This document shows, in pieces, positions 9,846-19,257 of a stretch of 64,000 nucleotides of DNA (positions are counted from its first letter, which is position 1; the number at the start of each line of letters is the position of its first letter). The stretch lies in the NCBI GenBank assembly GCA_022482735.1, contig JAKVOO010000001.1, positions 1,399,004-1,463,003 on the forward strand, in the 5' to 3' direction. The translations under genes were made by a program, and so were the position numbers. The DNA comes from Bacilli bacterium (GTDB lineage Bacteria; Bacillota_I; Bacilli_A; RFN20; CAG-826). The notes beneath the pieces were generated by a model, which was not told where the DNA came from, made no database searches, and was given only the letters and a program-made list of their open reading frames with translations.

Positions 9846-10868
9846 ATGAACAAAAAATGGCCGAAAATATTCGGTATTACTTTGGCTACTTTAGCTCTTA
9901 CGGGATGTACTTTATTTACGAATGCCAACAACTATGCTAATTCATTTAACGAAACAGCTTTTAAATATGTTACAGCGACAGGATCATTATCTTTTTCTAT
10001 GGAGGGCGAAAATATAATCGTCTCTTTTACCGATGAAGATACCGGTTTAACTGTGCAACTTGATGACGAAGATAAGGTGGCCTCATTTGGTATTGCCAAA
10101 GTCGCTTTTGATGATATGCGATTCGATGGTAATGATTTAGTGGCTACGGGTGACTACTCGCGATTCTCTATCGTTGATAATGAGCTCTTCTATAAGGATA
10201 TTACCAGTGTTGCTAAGACAAGCACGATTCCTTACACCCAATATAAATACTCCTCTAAGGAGGTAACTATTTCCGATGCTCGCGCTTTACGGGTAACCTG
10301 GGTAAATGATGATTTAAAGAGTTCCCTTCCCAATGGTTTCGGCGATTATGCCGATGTTTCGGTTGGCGATTATTTGAATATTTATATTGAGACCTCAGAA
10401 ACAGGAACAATTGGCGAAGAAGTTAAACCTTTTATTTCCGATGATATTGCTGGAGCGCTTTTTGCCGAAACAGTGACAACGGGGGACGAAAATGATGCTA
10501 CTGTGGTTACCAATGTCTATTTTGCCGATGAAACAGACACGGCAAATAAATTTTTGCTCGAAGATCAAAGTTCAACAACCACGGTAATTGAATATCGCTA
10601 TTTTGATTTAATTGATGCAGAAGGTAACGTTTTGCTTGCTAGTCCATCTAGTGCTAACTTTGAGATGGTAGAAGACAATCTATATTACATTGTCAGCGAT
10701 GGCATAACGGAAACAGCTCGTTATTCAATTTCCTTAACTGGAGCGGTTTTAGAAAAGATTGTTACCATCGATCCAATTGTTAATGGTTACCTAGTTGCTC
10801 CGGATACAACGCTAGTTGTGGGAGCGTTTAATGGGATTCATATTCTAGCAAGTTTGGTTGAGGCTTAA
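9846..10868 (+). CDS. Surface lipoprotein of unknown function.
   Basis: Signal peptide with the lipobox LALTGC. GGAGG RBS before the ATG at 9846. The track's 9834 start is a GTG. Confidence 0.55.
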   Translation: MNKKWPKIFGITLATLALTGCTLFTNANNYANSFNETAFKYVTATGSLSFSMEGENIIVSFTDEDTGLTVQLDDEDKVASFGIAKVAFDDMRFDGNDLVATGDYSRFSIVDNELFYKDITSVAKTSTIPYTQYKYSSKEVTISDARALRVTWVNDDLKSSLPNGFGDYADVSVGDYLNIYIETSETGTIGEEVKPFISDDIAGALFAETVTTGDENDATVVTNVYFADETDTANKFLLEDQSSTTTVIEYRYFDLIDAEGNVLLASPSSANFEMVEDNLYYIVSDGITETARYSISLTGAVLEKIVTIDPIVNGYLVAPDTTLVVGAFNGIHILASLVEA

Positions 10869-10886
10869 TCCAATAATAAAATATTG

Positions 10887-10914
10887 AAAGGCCACTTTTG
10901 GTGGCCTTTTCTTG
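10887..10914 (+). terminator. Rho-independent terminator.
   Basis: aaaggccac-tttt-ggtggccttt hairpin plus a T-run. Confidence 0.55.
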
Positions 10915-10952
10915 TTGCGCATATTTTTATCAACATATATAATGGCTTTGCT

Positions 10953-11026
10953 GCAGTCGTAGTTCAGTGGTAGAACTTCAGCTTCCCAAGCTGACTATGC
11001 GGGTTCGATTCCCGTCGACTGCTCCA
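10953..11026 (+). tRNA. tRNA-Gly (anticodon CCC), ending in CCA.
   Basis: Acceptor gcagtcg/cgactgc, anticodon loop uuCCCaa, T-loop GTTCGATTC. Confidence 0.8.
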
Positions 11027-11427
11027 TATCAAAACAACAGTGTTGATACAATAGTATCGACTTTATAGATTAGAAAATAGGGACATAATTTTTTTTCTTT
11101 ATTTATTACAATCCTGAATTTTAAAGGTTCGAGTTGAATAGATTAAATTTATTTTTGAAAATGTTAGTGTAAAAAAAACACAAAGGGTCAATAAAAAACA
11201 CGAAAGCTTAATAAGATAAAAACGATTGAACTTAATAAGTTATAATGTGTCGATAACGGCATAATAGGAAGTAGACCTGAACTTGGTTAATTCCAGAAGA
11301 TTCAAATAAACCTATTGATAAAAGATATAGACATGTTAATGGCTTGTTCTTTGATTGAATAGATTTAATCTATTGATGAAATAAAGAATATGATTGAAGC
11401 CTATCGATCATTCTCTAAAGATGATAA

Positions 11428-11857
11428 CTCTTGTATTGCTCCCACTGATTACGTTCAGTAATTATCTTTGTTTCTAATGTGTTTTATTTGCTCTCGATTA
11501 ATAAGGTAAGACACACATTTTTAAGCCAAGCAATCCATAAGCAATCTACGGTTAACTACTTTAATGAGCGGTTTTACGTTTTGTGTTAATATAATGTCAA
11601 ATATTGATAAAAAACTTATCGAATAACGAAAACATTATTATAGCTCCAATTGGTTACATTGATGGTAATTCATTGATTATCTTTGCTACTAATGTGTTTT
11701 ATTTGCTCTCTATTAATAAGGTAAGACATATATTTTCAAACCAAGCAATCTATAAACAATCTATGGTTAGCTACTTTAATGAGTGGTTTTATGTTTTGTG
11801 TTAATATAATGTCAAATATTGATAAAAAACTTATCGAATAACGAAAACATTATTATA
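11428..11857 (+). repeat. Two tandem copies of a 215-bp direct repeat (about 90% identical), immediately upstream of a methyltransferase-like gene. Each copy ends with ttaatataatgtcaaatattgataaaaaacttatcgaataacgaaaacattattata and carries a TATAAT-like box.
   Basis: Direct read. Copy 1 spans about 11428-11642 and copy 2 about 11643-11857. ORFs 11604 and 11819 share the identical N-terminus MIKNLSNNENIII because of the duplication. Confidence 0.85.
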
Positions 11858-11869
11858 AATTTTGAGAAA

Positions 11870-12790
11870 ATGCTTCATATGGGATTACAATTTAGTAGCG
11901 ATGAAATAGGAACAAAAATGAACTTAGCCAATATTGAACAACTAATTGATAAGCAAATAGATACAAATTACAGAACAAACATTTTTGAGCATGAATTAGC
12001 AAGCATTGATTCCAAATTAATAACGGGTTTAAAAAAATCTTTCTTATCGGAAGAAAGTAAGAAGATCATTCTCGAATATTGCACTGCATATTTTATGCAA
12101 AAGCTTATTAAATACGATCAATATATCAGTTTCACTGATGATGATGTTGTCGCCTTAAGAAATGTATATAAAGAAACACTAGAAGAAATAATTCATAGAA
12201 AGCGCCTATCTAAAAAAACAATCGAGAACAATCATTTTTTGAGAATAAAAGCTTTTTTATTACGCACCAATCCATTCTTAAAAGAAATAAGCAAAGATGG
12301 AATTAAGACTTTTGCTAACGAAGAATACTCCGCTAGTTTTCAAATGGAGATACTAGGGTTAGACAAGCACCATATAGTGGGCCCGATTTTAGATATCGGG
12401 TGTGGGCAAAACTTTAACTTAGTTAAGCACCTAAAAGAATTGGAAGTAGAAGTGTATGGCTTAGATCGATATGCTTCTAAGCAAGACAATATTTTAAAAG
12501 CCAACTTCTTATCGTTTGATTATGGCGTAAATAAATGGCAGTTTATTCTCTCAAATATGGCATTTTCAAATCATTTTAACCGCCATTTGGCTTTTAATGA
12601 TGAAAAGGTTGAAAAATACGCCACAGTATACTTCAAAATTCTAAATTCCTTGAAAGTTGGGGGAAAGTTTATTTATGCGCCAAGTATAATAGAAATCGAA
12701 AAATTATTAGATAAGAAAAAATTTTCGATTATTAATGAAGAGATTGGCTATGGTCTCTTTAGAACGATAATTGAAAAATTAACAAATTGA
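11870..12790 (+). CDS. Class I SAM-dependent methyltransferase-like protein with an approximately 190-aa N-terminal helical domain. Function unknown. The alternative start at 11915 (MNLANIEQ) has the better RBS.
   Basis: Motif I LDIGCGQN. Very AT-rich coding sequence. The ORF-track start at 11819 is a TTG inside the repeat. Confidence 0.5.
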   Translation: MLHMGLQFSSDEIGTKMNLANIEQLIDKQIDTNYRTNIFEHELASIDSKLITGLKKSFLSEESKKIILEYCTAYFMQKLIKYDQYISFTDDDVVALRNVYKETLEEIIHRKRLSKKTIENNHFLRIKAFLLRTNPFLKEISKDGIKTFANEEYSASFQMEILGLDKHHIVGPILDIGCGQNFNLVKHLKELEVEVYGLDRYASKQDNILKANFLSFDYGVNKWQFILSNMAFSNHFNRHLAFNDEKVEKYATVYFKILNSLKVGGKFIYAPSIIEIEKLLDKKKFSIINEEIGYGLFRTIIEKLTN

Positions 12791-12804
12791 TGTTGGAGGT
12801 TACT

Positions 12805-13431
12805 ATGGGCACAAAGAACAGCATAAATATCGAATCATATAATGCAATTGTCGATGATTGGGCTTCGATAAGAAATGGCAAGGAAGTAAACCAGTGTATT
12901 AAAGATTTTTGTAAACTTTTACCATCAAAGGCAAGCATATTGGATGTCGGCTGTGGGACAGGAAAGCCCATAGATGTCTATCTTTCGGACAACAAATTCA
13001 AGGTAGTGGGAATTGACATATCCAATAAGATGATAGATTTTGCTAAGGAATTGAACCTAGAGAACACCATATTTATTAATACGGATTTTTTAGACTATAA
13101 AAGTGATGATAAATTTGACGCGATTATTGCTTTTGATAGTTTTTGGCACATAGATCTTGATGATCAACTATCAATATACAAAAAGTGTGCTTCCCTATTA
13201 GTTGATGATGGCTATTTACTTTTTACTCATGGAATTAGACATGAAACTATTTTAGGGAAAATGTTTTCGCATAGTTTTTCCTATAGTGCCTTAGCAAAAG
13301 ATGAACTCAAAAAAGCCCTGACGGACAATAATTTTACTATCATATCTTGGTATGAGAATTATGAAGAGAAAACAACCGGGACTAGAGATCTTTTAGTTAT
13401 AGCTCAAAAAAGAACAAGTCATTCAAAATAA
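12805..13431 (+). CDS. Class I SAM-dependent methyltransferase, small-molecule MTase-like.
   Basis: Motif I ILDVGCGTGKP with the post-I acidic residue VGIDIS. GGAGG RBS. Overlaps the upstream gene end. Confidence 0.65.
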   Translation: MGTKNSINIESYNAIVDDWASIRNGKEVNQCIKDFCKLLPSKASILDVGCGTGKPIDVYLSDNKFKVVGIDISNKMIDFAKELNLENTIFINTDFLDYKSDDKFDAIIAFDSFWHIDLDDQLSIYKKCASLLVDDGYLLFTHGIRHETILGKMFSHSFSYSALAKDELKKALTDNNFTIISWYENYEEKTTGTRDLLVIAQKRTSHSK

Positions 13432-13626
13432 CTAATTGAAGTCCGTAAAATAGACCATAAATTCCCGATACAATAATTATTGCATAGCTTTAAACAACTC
13501 AATTGTGCAAATTGACGAAAAAGTTCATTTATTTACGTAGAAAACATTTAATCATTTTTACTAATTTGCTAAACTTAAAATATAAACGTGAATAACTTGT
13601 TTAGTTACTCCGAATTGGAGGATGTT

Positions 13627-14127
13627 ATGGAAAATTTTCGCGATCAATGTATCGATTTATTAGAGACCCGTGGGGTTACTTTAGAAGATATTGCTGAATG
13701 TGCCCGCTACTTACAGCAAGATTATCATATTGACTTAAAAAAAGAAGAATTGATGGATTCGGTTCTGAGTGTTATTGATAAACGAGAAGTTCAATTTGCG
13801 ATTATGACCGCAATCGAACTCGATATGCTGGCTGAACAAAGAAAAATGAATAATCCGAAATTACAAGAGTTACTCTTGCGTGACGAAGGATTATATGGGG
13901 TAGATGAAGTAATAGCCTATGGAATATGTAACTTATATGGCTCCATCGCTCTGACCAATTTTGGTTTTATAGATAAAAATAAATACGGAGTAATTGATAA
14001 GTTAAATCGAGCTGGTAAAAACGGAGATCGTTGCAATACTTTTATCGATGATATTGTTGGAGCGATTGCCGCTTCCGCTGCTTCTCGCTTTGCCCATCGG
14101 TGGACAAAGAAAGGAGAAAGCAAATGA
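13627..14127 (+). CDS. Phosphatidylglycerophosphatase A family protein (PgpA/YutG-like).
   Basis: C-terminal DDIVGAIAASAASRFAH motif typical of PgpA. GGAGG RBS at 13627. Confidence 0.55.
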   Translation: MENFRDQCIDLLETRGVTLEDIAECARYLQQDYHIDLKKEELMDSVLSVIDKREVQFAIMTAIELDMLAEQRKMNNPKLQELLLRDEGLYGVDEVIAYGICNLYGSIALTNFGFIDKNKYGVIDKLNRAGKNGDRCNTFIDDIVGAIAASAASRFAHRWTKKGESK

Positions 14128-14927
14128 TCAATATCCTTTATTTGGCCATACCAAACACTCAATCATTAGATTTTTGGCTTGAATTTGGACTTTCTACGCT
14201 TCTTGTGGCGGCGTTGGTGGTTTTTGTTTGGCTTTTGGTGCGGCGTTGGTTTGCTCGCATCTTTTTTACCTTGGGAGCGGCGATTTTTGAATTTGCCATT
14301 TTCTTCTCCTTTTCAAAATTAGCAATGGCGTCAATCTTATTTTTAGTGTTCTTAGCCACATTAATTACCATCGCTAATGTTGGCGATTTTCGGGTTTTTG
14401 CTGCTAACGCTCTTAAAGGGAAAAAATTATCTTTTTTTAGAGTAAAGGGGAAAAGTCGAAACTTTAAAGTCTTTGATAAGGAAGCTTTTTACCACGATAT
14501 TTTTGCCGCTACTACCAGTCTTTCAAAATCAAAAACCGGAGCAATAATGACTTTTGAAAAAAAGAATCCACTCAATGATTTTATTAAAAACGGAACGATG
14601 GTTAATGCTCCAGTATCAAGTGAACTCCTAGTGACAATTTTTTATCCAGGGACGCGTCTTCATGATGGAGCCGTGGTCATTCGCGATAATGTTATTTTGG
14701 CTGCTAGTGTCTATTATACAGCGACGACTAAACCGCTATCGGGTAAGTTTGGAAGCCGACATCGGGCGGCGATTGGCATCAGTGAAATCACCGATTCAGT
14801 TACCATTGTTGTCAGTGAGGAAACTGGGCGGATTTCAATTGCTTGCGCCGGGGAACTCGAATCGGTTAGCCTTGATAATTTTCCAAGGATATTCCGTGAA
14901 TATATGGAAGACGATGGAGAGAAGTAA
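14124..14927 (+). CDS. cdaA: Diadenylate cyclase CdaA (c-di-AMP synthase): 3 N-terminal TM helices plus a DAC domain.
   Basis: DGAVVIRDNVILAASVYY and GSRHRAAIGISEITDSVTIVVSEETGRISI DAC motifs. AAAGGAG RBS. Confidence 0.85.
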   Translation: MINILYLAIPNTQSLDFWLEFGLSTLLVAALVVFVWLLVRRWFARIFFTLGAAIFEFAIFFSFSKLAMASILFLVFLATLITIANVGDFRVFAANALKGKKLSFFRVKGKSRNFKVFDKEAFYHDIFAATTSLSKSKTGAIMTFEKKNPLNDFIKNGTMVNAPVSSELLVTIFYPGTRLHDGAVVIRDNVILAASVYYTATTKPLSGKFGSRHRAAIGISEITDSVTIVVSEETGRISIACAGELESVSLDNFPRIFREYMEDDGEK

Positions 14928-14937
14928 TTAAGTTATC

Positions 14938-16272
14938 ATGCAGAGCAAATATTTTGGAACAGATGGAGTACGGGGCCTAGTCAACGAACAGTTGACGGTC
15001 AATATGGCTTATCGCATCGGCCGCTATATTGGTTATTCATCTAAAAGCCAACCGCATCGTATTGTAATTGGGCGCGACACTCGAGTCAGTGGTCAATTAC
15101 TTTTTAACGCTTTGGTAACAGGAATTCTGGCCAGTGGATCTCGAGTCTATGATATGGGGATTACTACAACTCCCAGTGTTTCCTACATTACGCGCCAGCA
15201 CCATTTTGATTTTGGCATTATGATAAGCGCCTCACATAATCCATATTATGACAATGGAATAAAGATATTCAGCCACGAGGGCGAAAAAATATCTTCCACT
15301 TTGGAATGTCAACTTGATGATTATATCGACCGTTGCGATGATGACTTGCCCTTTGCCCGCAATGAAAAGATAGGGACAGTCGTTGATGGCCTTTATTTGG
15401 TGAATGAGTATCTAGATTTTTTAGTCGATAAGACGCATAATTTTGACAAATTTCGAATTCTAGTTGATTGCGCAAATGGATCAGCCAGCAAATTGGCCCC
15501 GATTCTTTTCGCACGAATTGGCATCCAAGCCGATTTCATAAATAACATTCCTAATGGTCAAAATATCAATGACTATTGTGGATCAACACACATCAGTGCA
15601 CTTCAAGGGGCTATGAATGCTAAGAAATATGATATCGGCTTTAGCTTTGATGGTGATGCCGATCGTCTTTTAGCGGTAGCACCTAACGGACAAGTGGTCG
15701 ATGGTGATGCTTTGATGTACATCGCTGCCCGTAGTCTTCGTTCCCGCGATAAGTTGAATAAAAATACAATTGTCATGACAGTAATGAGCAATTATGGAAT
15801 TAAAAAATCGTTAATTGATCAAGGCTTTATGATTGAAGAAACGGATGTTGGCGATAAGTATGTTCAATCGCTTCTTAAACAAAAGCATCTTTCGCTTGGC
15901 GGCGAGCAAAGTGGGCATATTATTTTTATGGATGATTTAAATACGGGAGATGGTTTACTGACCGCAATTAAAATTTTGAAAGTAATGTGTTTTGAAGATA
16001 AAAGTCTATTGGAACTATTGGCTGGCCTTGAGTATTATCCCCAAAAGTTAATTAATGTTAAAGTCTTTAATAAAAATGCGGTGATGGCTAATGACGGCCT
16101 TCAAAATATTATCGAGGAAGAAAATGATAAGTTAAAAGGCAGAGGCCGGGTCCTAGTAAGGCCAAGCGGAACAGAGCAGTTAATACGAGTAATGGCCGAG
16201 ACGCCTTCTACTGAAGAGACAGAGCGCGTGGTCGATCGGATTGCAAATTATATAAATGGACTGGATTATTAA
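14938..16272 (+). CDS. glmM: Phosphoglucosamine mutase.
   Basis: N-terminus MQSKYFGTDGVRG. Active-site SASHNPYYDNGIK. Canonical cdaA-glmM synteny. Confidence 0.9.
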   Translation: MQSKYFGTDGVRGLVNEQLTVNMAYRIGRYIGYSSKSQPHRIVIGRDTRVSGQLLFNALVTGILASGSRVYDMGITTTPSVSYITRQHHFDFGIMISASHNPYYDNGIKIFSHEGEKISSTLECQLDDYIDRCDDDLPFARNEKIGTVVDGLYLVNEYLDFLVDKTHNFDKFRILVDCANGSASKLAPILFARIGIQADFINNIPNGQNINDYCGSTHISALQGAMNAKKYDIGFSFDGDADRLLAVAPNGQVVDGDALMYIAARSLRSRDKLNKNTIVMTVMSNYGIKKSLIDQGFMIEETDVGDKYVQSLLKQKHLSLGGEQSGHIIFMDDLNTGDGLLTAIKILKVMCFEDKSLLELLAGLEYYPQKLINVKVFNKNAVMANDGLQNIIEEENDKLKGRGRVLVRPSGTEQLIRVMAETPSTEETERVVDRIANYINGLDY

Positions 16273-16878
16273 ATGGAAAGCAAAAATTACTATGATTTTT
16301 TATTAAAAATCAACTCGATTGCAAGAATCGGGCTTACTTTTTCGACTGATCCTTACGCTTTGACTAATTATCAGACAATTCTTGATGAATCAAATCGAAT
16401 GATTGAAAATTTTGAGCATATCAACCTCACACCGAACACCATTTTTGAACGTAGAATCTACCCGACTCCCAATATTAGTGTCCGAACCATTTGTCTTAAT
16501 GAACAAGGCAAGGTTTTAATGGTGCAAGAAGCGAAGGACCAAGGCTATTCGCTTCCAGGTGGCTGGTGTGATTTATACGATTCTCCAAGTGAAGCTGCTC
16601 GTAATGAGTGCCGGCAGGAAGCGGGAGCGGATGTAATTATTGAACGCTTAGTCGGAGTAATTAATCGAACACCATTTGTGAGTCCGGTGAGCATTCCCGA
16701 ATATACGCTTGTTTTTAAGGGTAAAGTTCAAGGCCCACTTCATGAGCACGAATATGAAACATTGAATGTTGATTATTTCGATCCCTATGCGCTGCCCCCT
16801 CTTTCTAGAAAGATGACAGAAAAAGAAATAAAAAGAATCATTTTCGCGTCGATAAACGGTGAAAGCGTTTTTGATTGA
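16273..16878 (+). CDS. NUDIX hydrolase.
   Basis: Nudix box GGWCDLYDSPSEAARNECRQEAGADV. TAA/ATG coupling with glmM. Confidence 0.8.
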   Translation: MESKNYYDFLLKINSIARIGLTFSTDPYALTNYQTILDESNRMIENFEHINLTPNTIFERRIYPTPNISVRTICLNEQGKVLMVQEAKDQGYSLPGGWCDLYDSPSEAARNECRQEAGADVIIERLVGVINRTPFVSPVSIPEYTLVFKGKVQGPLHEHEYETLNVDYFDPYALPPLSRKMTEKEIKRIIFASINGESVFD

Positions 16879-16885
16879 GGTAGAT

Positions 16886-18610
16886 ATGGAAAAAAGAATT
16901 TGGTGGAAACAAGCCGTTGGTTACGAAATATATCCACAGACATTTGCCGATAGTAATAATGATGGCATTGGCGATTTACCAGGGATAACGAGCAAACTAA
17001 ATTATTTAAAAATGCTTGGAATTGATTTAATTTGGATTTGTCCATTTTTAAAATCACCGATGGATGATAATGGATACGATATCGCGGATTATTACTGTGT
17101 TAATCCCTTATTTGGCACCAACGATGATTTAAAAGAATTAATTAAACAGGCTCATGCCCTTGGCATTCATATTATTATGGACTTTGTTCTTAATCACACT
17201 TCAGACGAGAATGCTTGGTTTATTGAAGCTCGTAAAAACAAGCAAGCGGAAGAACATGATTACTATATTTGGCAACCACCCCGATATGATGAAAAGGGTA
17301 ATCGACAACCGCCGAATAATTGGCGGGGCTTTTTTAGCGACTCGGCTTGGGCGTATGACGAAGTGGCGGACGAGTATTACATGCGTATTTTCTCCAAAAA
17401 AATGCCGGATTTAAATTGGGAAAATCCTTTGTTAAGAAAGAAAATCTATGCTATTGCTCGTCACTATTTAGATTTAGGCATTGATGGCTTTCGCCTGGAT
17501 GCGATTGCCCACTTAGCTCGCGATCTTTCATTTGCCAATTCGACTCAAAATCCGGATTATGATGGATTGACTTTGGATGTAAGTAAGTTTTCTAATCGCG
17601 AGCGCCTATTTGATTACCTTCACGAATTTAAGAAAGCGGTATTGGAAGACTATCCCTTGGCTATGACGGTAGGCGAGGTCGGAGGAAGCTCCACTACGCT
17701 GACGGCTCTGAAGTATTCCCATAAGGATTATGGATCAATTAATATGGTTTTTAATTTTGATACCTGCTGGGAAAATGGAGCATATGGAAGTGAGACATTA
17801 CGCGATGATCAAATCATTACTAATGTTTGGAATTTAAAACATAATTTTGCTCGTTGGTATAATGACTGCCATCGCGATGCTTGGCTCCCTTTATATTGGG
17901 TAAATCACGATCATCCGCGAGTTCTTAGTCAGTATGGTAATGTGGCTTTTCGAAAAGAATCAGGAAAGATGCTCGCATTAGTTCTCCTATTTATGTATGG
18001 GACACCCTTTCTTTATCAAGGTGAAGAACTTGGAATGAGCAATGTTGACTATCAGTCTTTGGATGACTTTACAAGCGATGTCAGTGCACGAAATTACATT
18101 CTTGATGCGCGTAAACGGGGACTTAATGATGAGCTAATATTACGGTTTTTGAGACGAACATCTCGTATTAACTCTCGCACCCCTATGCAATGGAAAAACG
18201 CCCCATATGCCGGATTTAGTCTAGTTCCTCCTCGTATTAAGCCCGTGAATAACTATCAGGAAGTAAATGCGGAAGATGAGATAAAAGATCCGGATTCGAT
18301 TTTTAATTTCTATCGCCAAGCAATCGCCTTACGTAAAGATATGGCAATTCTTGATTCGGTGACGATGAGTGATTTTGTTTTGGAAAATGAAGATGACCCT
18401 AATGTCTTTGCCTATCGCCATCCAGGCAAAAAGCATCTTTTTGTTGTTGCTAATTTTCGACCCTATCAAGTTAACTTTTCTTCCGACTTCTTGGGACGGA
18501 AACATCACACTTTGCTACAAAATTATCTTGAACCTAGTGCGATAAGAGATGGTAATCAAGTAAGTTTAAGACCTTTCGAATGCTTCCTTTGGGAGATTGA
18601 GGATAATTAA
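16886..18610 (+). CDS. malL: GH13 oligo-1,6-glucosidase / alpha-glucosidase (cytoplasmic).
   Basis: GH13 regions DFVLNHTSDE, GFRLDAIAH and GEVGG. NHDHPR region. No signal peptide. GAGGTAG RBS. Confidence 0.8.
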   Translation: MEKRIWWKQAVGYEIYPQTFADSNNDGIGDLPGITSKLNYLKMLGIDLIWICPFLKSPMDDNGYDIADYYCVNPLFGTNDDLKELIKQAHALGIHIIMDFVLNHTSDENAWFIEARKNKQAEEHDYYIWQPPRYDEKGNRQPPNNWRGFFSDSAWAYDEVADEYYMRIFSKKMPDLNWENPLLRKKIYAIARHYLDLGIDGFRLDAIAHLARDLSFANSTQNPDYDGLTLDVSKFSNRERLFDYLHEFKKAVLEDYPLAMTVGEVGGSSTTLTALKYSHKDYGSINMVFNFDTCWENGAYGSETLRDDQIITNVWNLKHNFARWYNDCHRDAWLPLYWVNHDHPRVLSQYGNVAFRKESGKMLALVLLFMYGTPFLYQGEELGMSNVDYQSLDDFTSDVSARNYILDARKRGLNDELILRFLRRTSRINSRTPMQWKNAPYAGFSLVPPRIKPVNNYQEVNAEDEIKDPDSIFNFYRQAIALRKDMAILDSVTMSDFVLENEDDPNVFAYRHPGKKHLFVVANFRPYQVNFSSDFLGRKHHTLLQNYLEPSAIRDGNQVSLRPFECFLWEIEDN

Positions 18611-19179
18611 TGCGCTATTTTTATCACTTTTGGCTTCAAAAAACTATCGATAGCAATTTGCTATATGATTTTTTCTATGATAATTTTCAAAATAGTGATT
18701 TTCGTTTTCGCATGACGACTAAACGCAATGGTTGCCTTGATACTGAAAGGAATATTGCTGTTGAACTAGAGGGAGTAATCCCCATTTTATCTAATGATTT
18801 AGGCACCGGTATTGTGTTTGTTGCCTCCCCCATTGATAACGATGTTGCTCATCGGGCGATAATGAAAGCACGGTCGCTGGGAAACGGACTTTACTTTTTA
18901 GCCGAGGTTCTAATTTTAATGCTTGCCGAACGTGATTATGCTTTGGTGCCCGTTCTTCGCAGTCAATTGGATGAGGTACCACATGAATTAGTTAAAACGG
19001 CCGATATGTTCTTAAAATGCGGTCTTAATGCTAGTGATGCGGCCGATAAACTATATATTCACCGCAACACATTCAATTACCGTCTTTCTAAGTTTATTTC
19101 GCTTACTGGGCTGGATATTCGCGATTATTGGACATCGCAGTACTATATGATTTTGAGCCGTATTTCCTCGTCAAAGTAA
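18610..19179 (+). CDS. Short PucR/CdaR-family transcriptional regulator. Only the C-terminal HTH domain (PucR_C) is present, with no N-terminal sensor domain.
   Basis: HTH LYIHRNTFNYRLSKFISLTGLDIRDY. Its start ATG overlaps the GH13 stop codon (taATGcgc). Confidence 0.5.
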   Translation: MRYFYHFWLQKTIDSNLLYDFFYDNFQNSDFRFRMTTKRNGCLDTERNIAVELEGVIPILSNDLGTGIVFVASPIDNDVAHRAIMKARSLGNGLYFLAEVLILMLAERDYALVPVLRSQLDEVPHELVKTADMFLKCGLNASDAADKLYIHRNTFNYRLSKFISLTGLDIRDYWTSQYYMILSRISSSK

Positions 19180-19181
19180 AT

Positions 19182-19198
19182 TTGTGCACACTGCACTA
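19182..19198. promoter_or_regulatory. 17-bp palindrome TTGTGCA-CAC-TGCACTA between the regulator gene and malK. It is a candidate operator and is followed by an extended -10 TGcTAAACT.
   Basis: Direct read. Near-identical to the palindrome at 47106-47122 upstream of nrdD. Confidence 0.35.
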
Positions 19199-19257
19199 AT
19201 CATTTTAAAACGATTGTGCTAAACTAGAATTAAAGAATTAAGTAAAGGAGTCATAAT

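Noticed and set aside
11604-11804. 66-aa ORF inside repeat copy 1 (MIKNLSNNENIII…).
   Set aside because: It uses a TTG pseudo-start created by the duplicated leader. Its N-terminus is identical to the equally implausible extension of the downstream gene. No RBS is present.
11428-11857. The tandem repeat was considered as a possible CRISPR array or minisatellite.
   Set aside because: There are only two copies of a long (215-bp) unit, with no short unique spacers and no cas genes nearby. It is a simple tandem duplication.
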